Assembly (NCBI GenBank): GCA_016282415.1
Contig: JAEEKO010000073.1
Coordinates: 1 to 39,261, forward strand
Direction of reading: 5' to 3'
From: Bacillales bacterium
GTDB taxonomy: Bacteria; Bacillota_I; Bacilli_A; RF39; UBA660
Length of the DNA: 39,261 bases
Shown: positions 16,606 to 27,346 of the stretch, in pieces
Position numbering within the stretch: the first letter of the stretch is position 1
How the letters are laid out: each line of letters begins with the position of its first letter
Position numbers and translations under genes: made by a program
Notes under the pieces: model-generated
Told to the model about the DNA's origin: nothing
Seen by the model: the letters and a program-made list of their open reading frames with translations, nothing else
Databases searched by the model: none

Positions 16606-18942
16606 ATGAAGTTAGTTATTAATTTATTTGAAAAATTATTTGCAAATGAATATTTTGGTATTATTTTATTCTGTATTATTGCGGTTTTAGTTCTTTTGTT
16701 TATAATTACATTATTCTTTGGATTAACTGATACTAAAGAAAAAGATGAAATTAAAAAACAAAAACCAGAAGAGGATAAAGATTTATTCTTTAAGATTGAT
16801 GATAACATAAAATTAGATGTTCCAAAGATGGAAGCTGAATTAAAACCAGGTAAAGGTGCTGAACTTGCTCGTAGTGCTGGTGCTAGTATGGTTAAGAATA
16901 AAAGAGGTTTCACTTTAGTTGAATTATTAGTGGTAATAATAGTACTTGCTATTTTTGCGTTGCTAGCTATACCAAGAGTTATTAAAGTTGTAAATCGTGC
17001 ACGCGTTGGATCGTTTGTAGTCGAAGCCAATAGTGTTATTAAAACCGCTAAGAACGCTTACGGTGATAGTGTTTTGTCTGGTGATGAAGAGGGACCAGTA
17101 TATTGTTATACCGTAGATGAATTGATTCGAAGAGGATTATTAAATGCCGAGATTGGTGAAATTAGTGGTGTTATCGTTTTAGATATGACAGATGTTAGTG
17201 ATACGGAAGATGCTAAATTATTTGCATATATATCTAAAGATGGTTTTTATGCTAGAAAAGTTAATGGAAAATTACATACTACCATTAAGAATGATGATGT
17301 AGTTATATATGATGGTAATTCATTATTTAAAGATTGTACAGCAAGTTGTGACGCTACTGCTAATGGTACTTCAATTCGTTGCGGTGGTAGTGAAATAACA
17401 GTACGACCAAACGGATCAAGTTCACCGATTATTACTCCAGAAGAGCCGGATGAAATATGTGATCTTGAAACTACTGAATTTGAATTTGATTACACTGGAT
17501 CAATTCAATCCTTTAAAGCTCCATGTAAAGGTGCATATCAATTGGAAGTTTGGGGCGCTCAAGGTGGAAAATGTCGTAGTACTAACGGTGGTAAGGGCGG
17601 TTATGCCGTAGGTAGTGTGGTTTTAAATAAAGACCAAATGGTTTATATTGGTGTTGGTGGACAAGCTGTTCAATTTAACGGTGGTGGCCGTGGAACGGCG
17701 GGAACATCTAACCCTAATGGTGGTCGTGGTCAAAATGGTGTTAATGGTGGTGGCGCTACTCACATGGCTTTAGTTAGTGGTGAGTTAGCAACTATTGGAT
17801 ATACCGAATTTGTTGATAATAATAAAGGATTGATTGTTGCCGGTGGCGGCGGCGGTTCTGGTGGACAAGTTGGATGGGAAGATGATGGTTCTTCTGCACA
17901 AAACATTAGACCTGGTGGTTACGGCGGCGGTCTTAATGGAGGAAGTTCTTCTGGTGGATCTTGTAATGGTGTTGGTGGAACCCAAAGTGGTTCAAGCACT
18001 AATTCATGTCGTGGTGGTGCTGGATTTGGTGTCGGCGGTACTCAAGGTGCCGGTGGCGGCGGCGGCTTCTATGGTGGTGGCGGCGGCTACTTCGGTGCTG
18101 GCGGTGGCGGTTCAAGCTGGATTGGTGGAGTTATTAATGGCTCTACTACAGCAAACCAACAAACCGGAAATGGTAAAGCCAAAATAACTTATATTGGAGC
18201 TGCGGAAAGTATTAATAATACTTGTTTAGCAGTAAATGAATCAGTTACTTTTGAATATACTGGAACTATGCAGGAATTCACCGCAGTATGTCCTGGGCGT
18301 TACAAACTTGAGGGTTGGGGTGCTCAAGGTGGTAAAAATGGTGGTAAAGGTGGTTATGCTGCTGGTATAGCAACGCTAGCTGCTGATGCAAAAATATATA
18401 TTGGTGTTGGTGAAAGACCAACATACACTACTGGTGGTTATAACGGTGGTGGCGCTGGTGGTGGCGATGGTGCCGGTGGTGGCGGTGCTACTCATTTTGC
18501 TAGAACTAGATCAATCTTAAAAAATACAGCTATTGAAAATATTTATTTAATTGCTGCTGGTGGTGGCGGTGGAATGAATGCTTGGAACGGATACTCTTGT
18601 ACTGGTGGCTATGGTGGCGGTGTTGCCGGTGGAAGAGGCCAAGCGAACGACGGAAATGCAAATACTGTTCAAAATAATGGTGGTGAAGGTGCTACTCAAG
18701 TTACTGGTGCTAAATATGGTTTAGGTGGTAATGGTGACTTGTTGTATCACTCAACTAGACACTCTGGCGGTGGTGGCGGTGGCTACTACGGCGGATACGG
18801 AGGTCAACCGGTTGATAATTATCGTGCAGTTGCTGCCGGAGGCGGTGGATCAAGCTGGATTGGTGGAGTTACTGATCCTGAAACAACAGCTGATTCTCGT
18901 ACCGGACATGGCTTTGCAAAAATCACTTATTTAGGTACTTAA
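16606..18942 (+). CDS. Type IV pilin-domain protein with N-terminal TM extension and two tandem ALK/LTK-like glycine-rich domains
   Basis: KNKRG|FTLVE at residues 97-106; twice YxLExWGAQGG...GGGATH...GGGGG...GGGSSWIGGV...AKITY. Confidence 0.85.
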   Translation: MKLVINLFEKLFANEYFGIILFCIIAVLVLLFIITLFFGLTDTKEKDEIKKQKPEEDKDLFFKIDDNIKLDVPKMEAELKPGKGAELARSAGASMVKNKRGFTLVELLVVIIVLAIFALLAIPRVIKVVNRARVGSFVVEANSVIKTAKNAYGDSVLSGDEEGPVYCYTVDELIRRGLLNAEIGEISGVIVLDMTDVSDTEDAKLFAYISKDGFYARKVNGKLHTTIKNDDVVIYDGNSLFKDCTASCDATANGTSIRCGGSEITVRPNGSSSPIITPEEPDEICDLETTEFEFDYTGSIQSFKAPCKGAYQLEVWGAQGGKCRSTNGGKGGYAVGSVVLNKDQMVYIGVGGQAVQFNGGGRGTAGTSNPNGGRGQNGVNGGGATHMALVSGELATIGYTEFVDNNKGLIVAGGGGGSGGQVGWEDDGSSAQNIRPGGYGGGLNGGSSSGGSCNGVGGTQSGSSTNSCRGGAGFGVGGTQGAGGGGGFYGGGGGYFGAGGGGSSWIGGVINGSTTANQQTGNGKAKITYIGAAESINNTCLAVNESVTFEYTGTMQEFTAVCPGRYKLEGWGAQGGKNGGKGGYAAGIATLAADAKIYIGVGERPTYTTGGYNGGGAGGGDGAGGGGATHFARTRSILKNTAIENIYLIAAGGGGGMNAWNGYSCTGGYGGGVAGGRGQANDGNANTVQNNGGEGATQVTGAKYGLGGNGDLLYHSTRHSGGGGGGYYGGYGGQPVDNYRAVAAGGGGSSWIGGVTDPETTADSRTGHGFAKITYLGT

Positions 18943-18947
18943 TTGAT

Positions 18948-18974
18948 AAAAACTACTAGGAATAGTAGTTTTTT
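18948..18974 (+). terminator. Intrinsic terminator
   Basis: AAAAACTACTA-GGAA-TAGTAGTTTTT. Confidence 0.85.
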
Positions 18975-18976
18975 AA

Positions 18977-19005
18977 TTGCAAAAAATGAAATAATATTTT
19001 ATACT
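18977..19005 (+). promoter_or_regulatory. sigmaA promoter of the giant pilin gene
   Basis: TTGCAA-N17-TATACT. Confidence 0.65.
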
Positions 19006-19027
19006 TAAAGAGTAGGATAGTGATAAT

Positions 19028-22000
19028 ATGATAAAGAAAAGAAATGGTTTTACTTTAGTTGAATTACTTGCAACAATAGTTATTTTAGGAATATTGGTAT
19101 TAATTGCAATACCAGCTTATAATGTTATTTCAAATAACGTTAAGAAAAGACAAAATGAAAATAAGATTAGTTATATTGAAACTCAGGCAGCTAAGTATGT
19201 TGCGGAAAGTGGTTTATATAGTGATATCGATGAAACATCAATTACTGTTCAAACGTTACTTCAAAATGGATACTTAGATGGTGATAATAAAATTGGTGAT
19301 AAAGTCGAAGATGTTTATGGAAAAGATATCACTTGTTATCAAATTAAGATTAGTTTTGAAAAAGGAAAACCAGTCCCAGAATTTATTGATAAAAATGTAT
19401 TAAATCAAGATGGAGTTTGTATCGTTAATGACTTATTCTCTGGAAATATATTAGAGCTTGATGCTTATAAGATTAATCAATTAAATGATAATAATAAAAT
19501 TGAAATCAGAAACCATCGTACCGTATGGGTTGATAATGATGTCGTATTAAAACTAAAAATTAATGATGCTGAATTAAACTCAAAACGTGACCAAGCAATT
19601 ATCAGTATTGATTGGAATGCTGTTAATAACAACAAAAGTTATTCACAATCAAATGACAATTGGTATACTACTGGTTGGTTAGATAATATTGCTAGTTATA
19701 ATGGAAGTACTGAATATAAAAACGTATATACCGTTTCAACTAGTAAGATAATGGCTGATACGAAGTTTAAAATTTCATTAGTAGTTAATTATTTAGATGA
19801 TCATGGTAAAAAAATTAATGAAACTTTAACAACTTATTTAATTGTAAGAATTGATAAAGAAAATCCAACGGTAACCGCAACTGCTGATACTAACTGGACA
19901 AAAGGAAATAAGAAAATCTTTATCACTGGTAACGATAAACAAGGTTCAGGAATTAATCATTTCTGTATCTTTACTAGTAACACTTCTAATCATACATGTA
20001 ATCAAGGCGATGCAAGTTATGTTCCATTAATAAATGCTAATAGTAATAAAGGAGAAGTTACTAAAGCTAAAGGAACATATTATGTATGGGCAGTAGATAA
20101 TGTTGGAAATTATTCAGTCGATGGGGCAAGAGTAGTTGTTGATAATATTGATACAACTAAACCAACATGTGTTTATGAAAACCAAAACACAACATGGAAA
20201 AAAGGAAGTCAAGTTATTACCGTAAAATGTAGTGATGATACTAATGGTTCAGGATGTATTACTAAACCATATAATGTAACTTTTGCGGATAATACATATA
20301 ATAGTGCTAACTTACCATCATCATATATCATTACTGATTATGCTGGAAATAAAACAACATGTTCTGGACCAGTAAATGTATATATCGATAATAATGCTCC
20401 ATCAATTAATACTTTAACTCATAAGGAAGGTGTTACTACTATCAAAGTAAGTGATACTGGAGAATTAAGTAAATATGAAATTATAAATAGTAGTAGTAGT
20501 GTTATTAAAACAGTTACTTTAAGTGGAAAATCTTCAGAAACAACTTATAACAGTGTTGCAGCTGGAACATATACGTTAAAGGTATATGATAAAGCAGGAA
20601 ATACAACTAGTAAGAATTTTACAATTCCATCATTCAAAGTAACATTTGCATTAAAGACTTCAGGAAGCGGAAGCTTCTCATCAACAAGTCAAAATGTTAA
20701 TTATGGAGCTAACGCAACTTCAACATTAACAATTAATGGTGGATATAGTTATGGTAGCGTTTCTGGAACGGGATGTACGGTTAGTGGAAGCACAGTTACT
20801 GCTTCTAATGTAACTGCTGCGGTAACATGTACGGTAACTTTAAATCCAATCAAATATACGGTTACATATCAAACAAATAATAACGCTTGTTCAAACGGAA
20901 GTAGTGGTAATCCAACTGAATACTATGTAACAACTGATACCTTTACTTTAAAGAATCCAACATGTACTGGATATACCTTTAACGGATGGACGGGAGCTAA
21001 TGGAACGACCGCATCAACTTCAGTAAGTGTTGCTAAAGGATCAACTGGAAATAAAACATTTAAAGCTAATTGGACAATTAATAATTATTATTTAGACTTA
21101 AATGGTGTTCTTGATGGAACGACATCAGGAAATATTGCAGGATTCGGAACTGCCGACGTTTATATTAATGGTACATTAAAGGCGGATGATGTTACTGATT
21201 ATTATGTTCAATGGCCATATGGAACAAGTTATGAAATTAAAGGTATCAAAACTGCTACTGGACATGTATATAGTGGAAATACATCATATAGTGGAAAGAT
21301 TGGTGCTGGTAATGTTGGTATTGGCTTACCATTTAGTACTAAAAAAGTAACTGTAACGTTTAAGTCAAACGGTCCTGGAACCGCCGACAAAACCCAAACC
21401 TTTACATATGGTGCTTCTGGAAATCAATTTAATTCAGCATTCTCATGGACTGGTTATACTCAACAAGGATGGTCAGAAAGTAATACTGGTTCTGCGGTAT
21501 ATAGTACAGCTAGTGGTGTATCTGATGGATGGATTGATGGTAAATCTCCTTCAGTAACTTTATATGCAATATGGAAAAAGAATTGCGATAATCAAACTAT
21601 TATTAATAATGCTAATGGAAATGATTATGAATTCCATGGATTATGGTCTTCTAATAAAGAAACTGATCTTGGAACAATGGATACAAGTAAGTATGGTAGT
21701 GTTACTATTAAATATAAATTAACTAAATTTGATAGTTATACGGGTACTGGTAATTCTTGTAATCCAGGCCGAAACTTATACTTAAAAGTAGGTAATCAAC
21801 AAGTTTCATTAGCTGGTACAATTAAATTGATTGATGATGGCGATTGTCCTAATCAAACATATAATTATACATTAGGTGTTGCTGGTTATTGTAATGCTAA
21901 TGGTAACAATTGTGATAGTGGATGTAATGTAACGCCACGTACAAGTAGTCCTAATTGTTATGCTGGTCATGGAAACGATTACAACTGGGGCCAAATAACT

Positions 22001-22120
22001 TATACATTTAATAATATAACTAGTAACGGTTCTCAAACGGTTAAATTAAGAGCTGAATCATCTTATTTCTTAGATGATATAGATGTTAAAGTTTATAATG
22101 TAACATTCAATTGTCGATAA
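19028..22120 (+). CDS. 1030-aa prepilin-motif adhesin with Ig-like and InlB B-repeat-like domains
   Basis: KKRNG|FTLVE; TVQTLLQNGYL; D..xP linkers with D.xGN; TLKNPTCTGYTFNGWT, VTLYAIWK; Cys-rich C-terminus. Confidence 0.85.
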   Translation: MIKKRNGFTLVELLATIVILGILVLIAIPAYNVISNNVKKRQNENKISYIETQAAKYVAESGLYSDIDETSITVQTLLQNGYLDGDNKIGDKVEDVYGKDITCYQIKISFEKGKPVPEFIDKNVLNQDGVCIVNDLFSGNILELDAYKINQLNDNNKIEIRNHRTVWVDNDVVLKLKINDAELNSKRDQAIISIDWNAVNNNKSYSQSNDNWYTTGWLDNIASYNGSTEYKNVYTVSTSKIMADTKFKISLVVNYLDDHGKKINETLTTYLIVRIDKENPTVTATADTNWTKGNKKIFITGNDKQGSGINHFCIFTSNTSNHTCNQGDASYVPLINANSNKGEVTKAKGTYYVWAVDNVGNYSVDGARVVVDNIDTTKPTCVYENQNTTWKKGSQVITVKCSDDTNGSGCITKPYNVTFADNTYNSANLPSSYIITDYAGNKTTCSGPVNVYIDNNAPSINTLTHKEGVTTIKVSDTGELSKYEIINSSSSVIKTVTLSGKSSETTYNSVAAGTYTLKVYDKAGNTTSKNFTIPSFKVTFALKTSGSGSFSSTSQNVNYGANATSTLTINGGYSYGSVSGTGCTVSGSTVTASNVTAAVTCTVTLNPIKYTVTYQTNNNACSNGSSGNPTEYYVTTDTFTLKNPTCTGYTFNGWTGANGTTASTSVSVAKGSTGNKTFKANWTINNYYLDLNGVLDGTTSGNIAGFGTADVYINGTLKADDVTDYYVQWPYGTSYEIKGIKTATGHVYSGNTSYSGKIGAGNVGIGLPFSTKKVTVTFKSNGPGTADKTQTFTYGASGNQFNSAFSWTGYTQQGWSESNTGSAVYSTASGVSDGWIDGKSPSVTLYAIWKKNCDNQTIINNANGNDYEFHGLWSSNKETDLGTMDTSKYGSVTIKYKLTKFDSYTGTGNSCNPGRNLYLKVGNQQVSLAGTIKLIDDGDCPNQTYNYTLGVAGYCNANGNNCDSGCNVTPRTSSPNCYAGHGNDYNWGQITYTFNNITSNGSQTVKLRAESSYFLDDIDVKVYNVTFNCR

Positions 22121-22122
22121 TC

Positions 22123-22154
22123 AAAAGTGTGTATTAAAAAATACACACTTTTTT
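22123..22154 (+). terminator. Intrinsic terminator
   Basis: AAAAGTGTGTATT...AATACACACTTTT plus T-run. Confidence 0.85.
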
Positions 22155-22231
22155 AATACTTTTACTGACAAAAAGTGTCAAATTTTTGCTTTTTTTCTAG
22201 GAGTTATGTTATAATTTTAATGGTGAATAAA

Positions 22232-24136
22232 ATGGCAAAATATGATGAATCATCAATTAAGATATTGGAAGGACTTGAGGCAGTAAGAAAAAGACCTGGT
22301 ATGTATATCGGTTCTACCGATAAAAGAGGCCTTCATCATTTAATTTGGGAAATTGTCGATAATTCAATTGATGAAGTTATTAATGGTTATGGTAATTATA
22401 TTAAAATTAGTTTAAATAAAGACGGTAGTGTTACAGTTGCCGACTCTGGCCGTGGGGTTCCAATCGGAATGCATGAATCGGGTAAACCAACTCCAGAAGT
22501 TATTTATACGGTATTACATGCCGGTGGTAAATTCGAAGAAGGAAACTATAAAGTTTCTGGTGGTTTGCATGGTGTTGGTGGATCAGTAGTTAATGCTTTA
22601 AGTAAAAAAATGGATGTAACGATTTATCGTGAAGGCGTTATCAGTAATATTCGCTTCTGTGATGGTGGTAAAGTTGAAAGCCCTCTTAAAACGATTGGCA
22701 AAAGTAATAAGACTGGAACAACAGTAACATTCTTACCAGATCCAGAAATATTTAAAGTAACTAACTTTTCATACACAACTATTTGTGAAAGAATGCAAGA
22801 AAGTGCTTTTTTACTTTCTGGTTTAACTATTGATGTAATTGATGAAATTGATGGACGTTCTTCATCATTCCATTATGATAATGGTTTAGTTAACTTTGTT
22901 GAATATATTAATGAAGGTAAAAAAGCCTTGCATCAAGTATTATCATTTAGTGGTTTAAAACAAGGTATTGAAGTTGATATTGCAATGCAATACCAAGAAG
23001 GTTATAACGAAAATATTGTATCATTTGTTAACAACGTTAAAACTAGTGATGGTGGTAGCCATGAAGTTGGCTTTAAAACTGGTTTAACAAAAGCTTTCAA
23101 TGATTATGCTAAAAATAATAATTTATTAAAAGCTAAAGATGGTACTTTCGATGGTAGTGATGTTCGTGAAGGTTTAACCGCAATTATTAATTTACGTATT
23201 CCGGAAAATTTACTTCAATTTGAAGGACAAACTAAAGGTAAATTAGGAACTCCGGAAGCAAGAAGTATTACTGAAAGTATTGTTTATGAAAATATTAAAT
23301 TCTTTTTAGAAGAAAATAAAGAAATTGCTTTATCGGTAGTTGGTAAAGCTTCTAAATCAAAACTTGCACGTGAAGCAGCAAGAAAGGCAAGAGAAGCAGC
23401 AAGACAAGGAAAAGGTAAAGATAAAAAAGAGCATATTTTATCTGGTAAACTTGCTAAAGCTACTGGAAAAGATACAAATAAAATGGAATTATTCTTAGTT
23501 GAGGGTGATTCTGCCGGTGGTTCAGCTAAGACTGGACGTAACCGCGAAACCCAAGCCATTTTACCATTACGTGGTAAAGTATTAAATTGTGAAAAAGCCT
23601 CTGCTAATGATATTAATGCTAATGAAGAATTAAATACTTTAACTTATGCGATTGGCGCTGGTATTGGAGCAGAATTTAATCCTGAAGATAGTAATTATGG
23701 TAAAGTAATCATTATGACCGATGCCGATGATGATGGTGCTCATATTCAAATCTTGTTATTAACATTCTTCTATCGCTTTATGCGACCATTAATTGAAGCC
23801 GGAATGCTTTATATTGCTAATCCCCCTTTATATGCTTTAGATTTTGGTAAATATAAAGAATATGTTGCTACAGATGAAGATTTAGAAAAACGTAAAAAAG
23901 AAATTAAAGGAACATATAAAGTACAACGTTTCAAAGGTTTAGGTGAAATGGATGCTGAAGAATTATATGAAACAACTATGAATCCTGAAACCCGTAGTTT
24001 AATTAAAGTAAGTATCACTGATGCTGCTTTAGCTGAAAAACGTGTATCGGTTTTAATGGGTGATAAAGTTGAACCACGTAAAGAGTGGATTGAAGAAAAC
24101 GTTGACTTTAATACAGTAGATAATTTTAGGAGGTAA
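22232..24136 (+). CDS. parE: DNA topoisomerase IV subunit B
   Basis: LEAVRKRPGMYIGS, VEGDSAGG, PLRGK, MTDADDDG, MGDKVEPRKEWIE; GSHEVGFKT..T.AFNDYA; near yneF. Confidence 0.92.
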   Translation: MAKYDESSIKILEGLEAVRKRPGMYIGSTDKRGLHHLIWEIVDNSIDEVINGYGNYIKISLNKDGSVTVADSGRGVPIGMHESGKPTPEVIYTVLHAGGKFEEGNYKVSGGLHGVGGSVVNALSKKMDVTIYREGVISNIRFCDGGKVESPLKTIGKSNKTGTTVTFLPDPEIFKVTNFSYTTICERMQESAFLLSGLTIDVIDEIDGRSSSFHYDNGLVNFVEYINEGKKALHQVLSFSGLKQGIEVDIAMQYQEGYNENIVSFVNNVKTSDGGSHEVGFKTGLTKAFNDYAKNNNLLKAKDGTFDGSDVREGLTAIINLRIPENLLQFEGQTKGKLGTPEARSITESIVYENIKFFLEENKEIALSVVGKASKSKLAREAARKAREAARQGKGKDKKEHILSGKLAKATGKDTNKMELFLVEGDSAGGSAKTGRNRETQAILPLRGKVLNCEKASANDINANEELNTLTYAIGAGIGAEFNPEDSNYGKVIIMTDADDDGAHIQILLLTFFYRFMRPLIEAGMLYIANPPLYALDFGKYKEYVATDEDLEKRKKEIKGTYKVQRFKGLGEMDAEELYETTMNPETRSLIKVSITDAALAEKRVSVLMGDKVEPRKEWIEENVDFNTVDNFRR

Positions 24137-24141
24137 TTATA

Positions 24142-26658
24142 ATGGCAAAAAAAGAAACTAAGACAATTATTGAAAAAATATATGATTACACTCTTGAAGA
24201 TATCATGGGCGATCGTTTTGGTAGATACTCAAAAAGTATTATTCAAGATCGTGCCTTACCTGATGTTCGTGATGGTTTAAAACCAGTTCAAAGAAGAATT
24301 TTATATACTATGTGGGAAAATAAAAATACCTTTGATAAACCTTACCGTAAATGTGCTAAAGCGGTAGGAGATGTTATGGGTAAATATCATCCACATGGTG
24401 ATTCATCAATTTATGGGGCTATGATTTATATGTCTCAAAATTGGAAAATGCGTGAATTATTTATTGATATTCATGGTAATAATGGATCAATTGATGGTGA
24501 TGGACCAGCAGCTTATCGTTATACTGAAACAAGATTAACAAAGTTAGCTAATGTTATGTTAAAAGATATCGATCATGATGCTGTTGAAATGACTTTGAAC
24601 TATTCGGATGAAGATTTAGAACCAACTGTATTACCAGCTAATTTTCCCAACCTTTTAGTTAATGGTTCAACCGGAATTAGTGCTGGTTATGCAACCAATA
24701 TTCCACCACATAATTTAGAGGAAGTTATTGATGCAACAATTCATCGTATTGATAATCCTAATTGTCGTTTAGATACCATTTTAAATATTATTAAAGGACC
24801 AGATTTTCCTACTGGTGGTGTTGTTTTAGGACGCGCTGGTTTGATTCAAGCATATGAAACTGGTCGTGGCAAAATTACCGTTCGTGCTAAAACGGAAATT
24901 GTTAAAGAAAAAGGAAAAAATCAAATTATTATTCATGAAATTCCTTATGATGTCTTAAAAGAAGGATTACGTAAGAAAATTGAAGATATTAAGATTGATA
25001 AAAAAGTTGAAGGTATCCAAGATGTTCGTGATGAATCTGATAAAGCGCATTTAGCAAAGATTGTAATTGATTTAAAGAAAGAAGCAAATAGTGAGTTAAT
25101 ATTAAACTATTTATTAAAAAATACCGATTTACAAGTTAATTATAACTTTAACGTTGTTGCAATTTGTGATCGTCGCCCTAAACAATTAGGATTACTTGCA
25201 ATTTTAGATGCATTTATTGAACATCAAAAGAATGTTACATTACGTAAAACTAAATATCATTTAGATCATGCGTTAGAACGTTTAGAGATTGTTAATGGTT
25301 TATTAAAAGCAGTTGATATCTTAGATGAAATTATTAAAACTATTCGTAAGAGTTTAAATCGTAGTGATTCAATTAAAAACTTAATTGATAAATTTGAATT
25401 TACGGAACGTCAAGCAACTGCTATTGTTGATATGAAATTGTATCGCTTAAGTAATACGGATGTTGAACAATTAAAAGCTGAATTTGATAATTTAAATCGT
25501 ACAATTGAATTATTAAAGACTATTTTAAATGATGAAAATATCTTAAAGAAACAAATGAAAGCGGAATTAAGTGAAGTTAAAAAAGAATATAAATCACCAA
25601 GAAGAACAGAAATTAGTGATTTAAATGAAGATATTAAGCTTGATATGACTGAAATGATACCAAAAGAAAATGTTATGGTTTTTGTATCTAATGAAGGTTA
25701 TGTAAAACGTGTTTCAATAAAATCTTGTCAAGCTAATGAAGGTGAAGAAACTACACTTAAACCTGGTGATTTTATTATTGGTAAATATAACTGTAACACG
25801 CTTGATAAGTTATTATTATTTACTAATATGGGTAATTATTTATTTGTTCCAGTTCATGAAATATTTGAAGCTAAATATAAAGATTTAGGAAAACACATAA
25901 GTAATTTAATTTCATTGAGTCCAGATGAAAAAATTATTGGATCAATGATGTATCGTGATTCTAAAGAAAACTTAATTTTTGTTACGAAGTTAGGTATGAT
26001 TAAACGTGTTACTTTAAATGAATTTATGGTAAGTCGTTATTCTAAACCAATAACTTGTATGAAGTTAAAAGCTGATGATGAATTATTAAGTGTAACGGAA
26101 GATTTAGGTAATGTTTTATTAGTTAGTCATAATGGTTATTACTTACACTATAGCAGTAATGAAGTACCTATTGTTGGTAAAGTAGCTAGTGGGGTTAAAG
26201 GTATTAGTTTAAAAGATGATTATGTTGTAGCTGGTTTAACTTATAATGATAGTGATGAATACTTAAATATTGTTACGGATAAGAAAACAGCAAAACGTAT
26301 TAAACTTAGTGATTTAGATTTAATGAATCGTGCTAAACGTGGTGGTACATTAATCAAAAAAGTTAAATCTAATCCATATAATGTTTTAAATGCCTTTGTT
26401 ACTAAAACTCATGATATTTTATGTATTAAGTGTGTTAGTGAAATTGATGAAATTAAGAATAGTGATATTCCAATTATGGATTTAACTTCAACGGGATCAA
26501 CTATTTCTAAATATGATGTTGATTTAGCATTTATTAAAGCTAATGAGTATGTTTTTAAAAGCGATGATAAAAACGTTGTTGTTGAAGAAGAAGTAAAAGA
26601 AGAAGATGCCGTTGTTAATTTAACAATCGATGATTTCATTGATGATTTTAAATTATAG
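24142..26658 (+). CDS. parC: DNA topoisomerase IV subunit A
   Basis: LEDIMGDRFGRYSKSIIQDRALPD (ParC-type N-terminus), YHPHGDSS, AAYRYTE; no GyrA box seen. Confidence 0.93.
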   Translation: MAKKETKTIIEKIYDYTLEDIMGDRFGRYSKSIIQDRALPDVRDGLKPVQRRILYTMWENKNTFDKPYRKCAKAVGDVMGKYHPHGDSSIYGAMIYMSQNWKMRELFIDIHGNNGSIDGDGPAAYRYTETRLTKLANVMLKDIDHDAVEMTLNYSDEDLEPTVLPANFPNLLVNGSTGISAGYATNIPPHNLEEVIDATIHRIDNPNCRLDTILNIIKGPDFPTGGVVLGRAGLIQAYETGRGKITVRAKTEIVKEKGKNQIIIHEIPYDVLKEGLRKKIEDIKIDKKVEGIQDVRDESDKAHLAKIVIDLKKEANSELILNYLLKNTDLQVNYNFNVVAICDRRPKQLGLLAILDAFIEHQKNVTLRKTKYHLDHALERLEIVNGLLKAVDILDEIIKTIRKSLNRSDSIKNLIDKFEFTERQATAIVDMKLYRLSNTDVEQLKAEFDNLNRTIELLKTILNDENILKKQMKAELSEVKKEYKSPRRTEISDLNEDIKLDMTEMIPKENVMVFVSNEGYVKRVSIKSCQANEGEETTLKPGDFIIGKYNCNTLDKLLLFTNMGNYLFVPVHEIFEAKYKDLGKHISNLISLSPDEKIIGSMMYRDSKENLIFVTKLGMIKRVTLNEFMVSRYSKPITCMKLKADDELLSVTEDLGNVLLVSHNGYYLHYSSNEVPIVGKVASGVKGISLKDDYVVAGLTYNDSDEYLNIVTDKKTAKRIKLSDLDLMNRAKRGGTLIKKVKSNPYNVLNAFVTKTHDILCIKCVSEIDEIKNSDIPIMDLTSTGSTISKYDVDLAFIKANEYVFKSDDKNVVVEEEVKEEDAVVNLTIDDFIDDFKL

Positions 26659-26667
26659 GTAATTATT

Positions 26668-26704
26668 AAATCACTTACTAATATAATATAGTAGGTGATT
26701 TTTT
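26668..26704 (+). terminator. parC terminator hairpin containing the ylbD RBS
   Basis: AAATCACTTACTA/TAGTAGGTGATTT 13-bp stem, AATATAAT at loop. Confidence 0.7.
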
Positions 26705-27061
26705 ATGGATAAAAAAGCAGAATTTAAGAAATTTGCTAGTGCCCATCCGGAATTAAATAAAGCTGTTAACAAAAAACAAGTTACATGGCAAGAGTTATAT
26801 CAGACATATGATATTTATGGTGCCGATTCTAATGTATGGGATGAATATTTAAAAAATGATGGTGTTGATATTAATCGGATTAAAGATTCTTTAAAAAATA
26901 TTGATTATGATAAATTACAAGAATCAATTACTAATGCTAAAAAAGCTTTAGGGGTAATTGGAACATTGATTGGTATGAAAACTACTGATGTTGCTAATAA
27001 TATTAATAATCCAGTAAACGCGAGTAAAGCCAGTAACATAAATAGTGTGTTTGAGGATTAA
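26705..27061 (+). CDS. ylbD: YlbD-like spore coat protein
   Basis: EFKKF...HPEL...V.....TWQELY..Y..YG....VW. Confidence 0.8.
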   Translation: MDKKAEFKKFASAHPELNKAVNKKQVTWQELYQTYDIYGADSNVWDEYLKNDGVDINRIKDSLKNIDYDKLQESITNAKKALGVIGTLIGMKTTDVANNINNPVNASKASNINSVFED

Positions 27062-27062
27062 T

Positions 27063-27278
27063 ATGGCACCATCAGTATTAATGGAATTAAAGCAAAATCC
27101 AAAATATTATAATTATTTATTATTAAATAGTAATTATTTAAAAGTTCTTAATCGTTATGGCTTTAAATTGTATAAAAAAATAATTGATGAACAATATCAT
27201 CTTACTGGTATGGATCGCGTTAACAAATTGGTAGATAAAGTAACGTTTATTAACAATGTTATAGAAAGTGTAAAGTAG
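27063..27278 (+). CDS. ylbE: YlbE-like protein
   Basis: Size, position after ylbD, Y.K.LNR motif. Confidence 0.6.
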   Translation: MAPSVLMELKQNPKYYNYLLLNSNYLKVLNRYGFKLYKKIIDEQYHLTGMDRVNKLVDKVTFINNVIESVK

Positions 27279-27346
27279 TTAATATTTATTGTATTTTATC
27301 AAAAATTTGTTATAATAAAAGTATGATAGGAAGGGAATAAAGTAGG

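Noticed and set aside
17500-18940. GC-rich patch with overlapping ORFs (17785-17985, 17834-18187, 18725-18934) suggesting foreign DNA or overprinting
   Set aside because: Explained by GGN glycine codons; the alternative ORFs lack RBS and plausible composition
22232-26658. gyrB-gyrA assignment
   Set aside because: ParC-type N-terminus, no GyrA box seen, and yneF-proximal synteny favour parE-parC
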